From NCBI GenBank assembly GCA_964016885.1, contig CAXHJY010000987.1:1-25625 (forward strand): a stretch of 25,625 bases of DNA, given 5' to 3'. This document shows positions 24,997-25,625 of the stretch, piece after piece; position 1 is the first letter of the stretch; each line of letters starts with the position of its first letter. The position numbers and the translations under genes were made by a program. Origin of the DNA: Eledone cirrhosa. Its lineage: Eukaryota. The notes under the pieces are model-generated. The model saw nothing but the letters and a program-made list of their open reading frames with translations. It was not told the origin of the DNA and did not search any database.

Positions 24997-25008
<12 letters not shown>

Positions 25009-25031
<23 letters not shown>

Positions 25032-25322
25032 CTCACTATGACTATCTCTCTCTCTATATATATGTCTCTCTCACTATGACTATCTCTCTCTCTCTATATA
25101 TATATATATATCTCACTATGACTATCTCTCTCTCTATATATATGTCTCTCTCACTATGACTATCTCTCTCTCTCTATATATATATATATATCTCACTATG
25201 ACTATCTCTCTCTCTATATATATATATATATCTCACTATGACTATCTCTCTCTCTATATATATATATATATCTCACTATGACTATCTCTCTCTCTATATA
25301 TATGTCTCTCTCACTATGACTA

Positions 25323-25355
<33 letters not shown>

Positions 25356-25399
25356 CTCACTATGACTATCTCTCTCTATATATATATATGTCTCTCTCT
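25009..25399. repeat. Second minisatellite, 38-46 bp unit: CACTATGACTAT-(CT)n-(AT)n-[GT](CT)n, 9 copies
   Basis: The core CACTATGACTAT starts at 25034, 25072, 25114, 25152, 25194, 25234, 25274, 25312 and 25358 (spacings 38, 42, 38, 42, 40, 40, 38, 46). Confidence 0.95.
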
Positions 25400-25459
25400 A
25401 CCATCCCTGTCCCACTCACCTCACCACGCCGCCATATTTACTCCTTCAGCTTGCTTGAT
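25400..25459. other. Short non-repetitive island of unknown function
   Basis: ACCATCCCTGTCCCACTCACCTCACCACGCCGCCATATTTACTCCTTCAGCTTGCTTGAT is the only stretch of appreciable complexity in the window. Confidence 0.7.
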
Positions 25460-25519
25460 CTCTCTCTCTCTCTCTACCACCATCTGTCTGTCTGTCTCTC
25501 TCTCTATCTCTCTCTCTCT

Positions 25520-25520
<1 letters not shown>
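25460..25520. repeat. Compound (CT)n / (TCTG)3 simple repeat
   Basis: (CT)8, then ACCACCA, then TCTGTCTGTCTG, then interrupted (TC)n. Confidence 0.85.

Positions 25521-25522
<2 letters not shown>

Positions 25523-25588
<66 letters not shown>
25523..25588. repeat. Perfect (TA)33 microsatellite
   Basis: 66 bp of uninterrupted TA dinucleotides. Confidence 0.97.
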
Positions 25589-25590
<2 letters not shown>

Positions 25591-25625
25591 TATCAATCTC
25601 TATCTCTTTTTCTAAGTGTCTCTCT

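Larger units (their letters stand above)
1..25008. repeat. Large tandem satellite/minisatellite array, ~48-bp CT-microsatellite-containing monomer (roughly 500+ monomers)
   Basis: Seen directly. Example monomer at 451-498: GTTTGACT GTCTCTCTCTCT GTCTATACCTAT GTCTCTCTCTCTCTCT (48 bp). The cores GTTTGACT and GTCTATACCTAT recur head-to-tail in one orientation, separated by variable (CT)n tracts. Common variants are CTCACT in the long tract, GACTGCC, and ~28-bp half-units lacking GTTTGACT. The last GTTTGACT is at ~24916. Copy number is estimated as length divided by monomer size. Confidence 0.98.

Noticed and set aside
1-25008. CRISPR-like look of constant motifs separated by variable segments
   Set aside because: The variable segments are only (CT)n length variants rather than unique spacers, the constant cores are 8-12 bp, and there are no cas genes or leader.
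1-25008. Telomeric repeat or centromere assignment
   Set aside because: There is no TTAGGG-type unit or recognisable CENP-B box. HOR structure alone does not establish centromeric function.
1-25008. CT tract lengths as an information-bearing code or synthetic construct
   Set aside because: The pattern is adequately explained by slippage plus nested duplication. No adapters, vector parts or designed features are visible.
13-25079. Numerous + strand ORFs (LSLSLFDCLSLCLYLC / VSLSVYTY), up to 383 aa
   Set aside because: They are translations of the repeat. The monomer has a stop (TGA) in only one frame, the ORFs overlap in several frames, and 2-bp CT slippage switches frames freely, so there is no sign of coding constraint.
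25414-25450. Possible branch point and splice acceptor (CTCAC...TTTACTCCTTCAG)
   Set aside because: Such a motif is expected by chance on a pyrimidine-rich strand, and it is followed by simple repeats rather than a plausible exon.
25009-25588. TATA-box-like sequences
   Set aside because: They are part of (TA)n microsatellites, with no promoter context.
25238-25615. ORFs containing YIYIYI runs
   Set aside because: These are translations of the (TA)n and (CT)n microsatellites.

Overview
This window is non-coding, eukaryotic-type repetitive DNA. Positions ~1-25008 are one continuous tandem satellite/minisatellite array, probably extending past the left edge. Its monomer is ~46-50 bp (modal 48 bp): GTTTGACT-GT(CT)4-6-GTCTATACCTAT-GT(CT)5-9. 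Rare variant monomers reveal nested higher-order structure: a 124-bp sub-repeat, an irregular ~2.8-4.3 kb higher-order repeat (HOR) whose copies alternate between two subtypes, and recent local duplications (periods 1316, 450, ~418, 410, 180 and 100 bp). The array ends at ~25008 and runs into a second, related 38-46 bp minisatellite (9 copies), then ~60 bp of non-repetitive sequence, CT-rich simple repeats and a (TA)33 microsatellite. All listed ORFs are translations of the repeat. I find no supportable gene, RNA gene, CRISPR array or mobile element, and no evidence of a new gene-based system. The interest lies in repeat architecture and evolution. Coordinates were counted by eye and may be off by a few bases.
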